From: the human T2T-CHM13v2.0 reference genome, Homo sapiens
Strand: one strand, 5' to 3'
DNA length: 64,000 nucleotides
Assembly: GCF_009914755.1 (NCBI RefSeq)
Contig: NC_060925.1
Positions 61,986 through 64,000 of the stretch are shown piece after piece; the first letter of the stretch is position 1; each line of letters opens with the position of its first letter. Position numbers and translations under genes: made by a program. The notes beneath the pieces were generated by a model. It was not told where the DNA came from. It did no database searches and worked only from the letters and a program-made list of their open reading frames with translations.

Positions 61986-63006
61986 AATTCAACAAATGGT
62001 CCTGGGACAACTAAATATCCACATGTAAAAGAATCAAGTTAGACTCCCTCCTCGCACATAAAAATTAACTCAAAATGGATCAGAGACCTAAAGGTAGGTG
62101 GTAAAATTATAAATCACTTAGAAATAGTAAATCTTTGTAATGTGGGATAAGCAAAGTTTTCACAAATATGACTGAAAGCACAAGCAACAAAAGAAAAAAT
62201 AAATTGTATTCCATCAAGTTAAAAACATTTGGGCTGAAAAGTATATCATCAAGAATGTGAAAAGACAGTACATAGAATGACAGAAAATATCTGCAAATCA
62301 TATTATCTGATAAGAGACTTGTATTTAGGATATATTTTTTAAAAACTATTACAGTTCAATATTAAAAAGATAAACCAATTATAAAGTAGGTAAAGGATCT
62401 GAACAGACATTCTCCAAAGAAGATACATAATGACTAATAAGTATATGAAAAGATGTTGAAAATCATCAACCATCAGGGAAATGTAAATCAAAACCACAAT
62501 GAGATAAACACTTCACATTACAGATGAATATAATAAAAAAGACAGACAATAACAACTGTTGATGAGGATGTGGAGAAACTGGAATTCTCATACACTGCTG
62601 GTTGGAATGTAAAATAATGTACCCACTTCAGAACAGTCTGACAGTTCCTGAAAAGGTTAAACAGCATTACCATCTGACGCAGCAATTCTGCTCCTAGGTA
62701 TATATCCAAGAAATATGAAGATAAATGTCTACCAAAAAATTATACAAGAATGTTCATAACAGAATTATTGATAATACTCAAAAAGTAGAAGCAACTCAAA
62801 TGTCAATCAACTGATGATGGATAAATAAAATGATAAAATGTGGTAAATCCATATGATAAAATATTATTCAGCCATAAAAAGGCACAGAGTACTGACAAAT
62901 GCTACCACATCAATGAACTTTGAAAACCTCATGCTAAGTGAAAGAAGCTGTCATAAATTACTACATGCTGCATGTTTCCATTTGTATGAAATGTCCAGAA
63001 GAGGCA
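61986..63006 (+). mobile_element. Old L1M (L1MB-like) ORF2 3' part and proximal 3'UTR
   Basis: TTCAACAAATGGT..., AAATTAACTCAAAATGGATCAGAGACCTAAA, CATCAGGGAAATGTAAATCAAAACCACAATGAGATA, GCAATTCTGCTCCTAGGTATATATCCAAGA, ending TGAAATGTCCAGAA. Confidence 0.85.
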
Positions 63007-63878
63007 TTTCTGGAACAGAAACTTTACCCAATTGCAGTCCATATGTTTTCTGGGATCCCGGAGTTCCCTTTCAACAATGTAAAATACAAACTTAGGTCAA
63101 AAGTTCCCATGTCTGAGAAAACTCAAGCCAAATCAGTTCTCCTCCAAAGTTGACAGGATTTATGCTTTAAAAATACAGATACAGAATTCTCTTTGGAAAG
63201 ATCTACCAAATTCCTGTAAGAAACAGTCTACCCAAAGTAGGGGAAAGGCTATATGAAAAGTTACAAGGCACTTCTTAAAAATATATCTTAGGTTTTTAGG
63301 GAAAGGTAAACAGACAAGTTTCCAGACCCGTGGGTGGAATGGATGTAGCAGATTCACTGAGAGGCTCACAGCGCCGTACTAAAGGGAGTCTACTGCTTAA
63401 AGCCAATTCACATCCTTAAAAGGTCAAATGGAGAGAAATTAAACTTGGGAGAAGCATTTTAAGACTGTGCTGTTATAAAACCTCGGGCCACTTAACTGAT
63501 TAATCATGGCAATGAGGGCAGGGACCAGAAAAGAGTCTTTAGAACCTGTCATCCCCACACAGAAGAGCAACTTTCAGGGAAACACCCTTATCTTTCCATT
63601 TTCAGACCCCGGGAGGTGTGAGGGTGGAAAGGCTAGGTAGAGAAGAGAGCAGAAAGGAGATGAGATGACACAACCAGGATTCTCCGAAGCTGGGCTTGAA
63701 GTCCTCAAGAAAAACTCCCATGAACAAGGAAGGAAGAGTGAAGAAAAAAACAGGGATACCTGGAACTGGACAAAAGTAAAAAGATAGAAGGATACTTTTT
63801 TTCCCCCAGAAGAAGTCTGTCACAAAAGCAAACCTGCAAATATACGATCAGTATAACACCCAAGAAAATGACACATGC

Positions 63879-64000
63879 GGCCAGGCATGGTGGCTCATGC
63901 CTGGAATCCCAGCACTTTGAGAAGCCGAGGCAGGTGGATCACCTGAGATCAGGAGTTCGAGGCCAACCTGACCAACATGGTGAAACCCCATCTCTACTAA
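63879..64000 (+). mobile_element. AluS left arm (runs off the right edge)
   Basis: GGCCAGGCATGGTGGCTCATGCCTG...GGATCACCTGAGATCAGGAGTTCGAG...CTCTACTAA. Confidence 0.95.

Noticed and set aside
57650-64000. NBPF promoter, CpG island or NOTCH2NL fusion partner
   Set aside because: No CpG-rich segment or EGF-repeat exons seen; the transcription start probably lies beyond the right edge

Overview
Primate (almost certainly human) genomic DNA containing most of an NBPF gene (neuroblastoma breakpoint family) on the minus strand, transcribed right to left. The start codon is at 57614. It is followed by three coiled-coil exons, one CON1 and one CON2 Olduvai (DUF1220) exon doublet, and then a tandem array of ~4.72-kb HLS1-HLS2-HLS3 Olduvai triplets filling 1-~46.2 kb: 9 complete triplets plus a partial tenth that runs off the left edge. 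That gives 66 coding exons and ~8.1 kb of coding sequence (~2,700 aa) in the window. The single CON1 and long HLS array best fit my recollection of NBPF20, which I could not verify. The unique part carries a nested L1-in-L1 cluster in the CON2 intron, four Alus, MIR/MER relics, a rearranged old L1M and candidate 5'UTR exons. Highlights: (1) one broken splice acceptor (AG>AC at 45549) at the entrance to the array, with in-frame rescue AGs; (2) the basic furin-type linker arises from a 33-bp duplication read in a second frame; (3) single-unit duplications can be mapped, one to a ~31-bp interval; (4) a tail-less L1 is flanked by a TSD; (5) the nested L1 has an apparent short 3' transduction; (6) a UG tract precedes every HLS3 large exon. 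Most entries in the ORF track are intronic or antisense artefacts repeated once per unit. I found no wholly new system, only these testable features within a known gene family.
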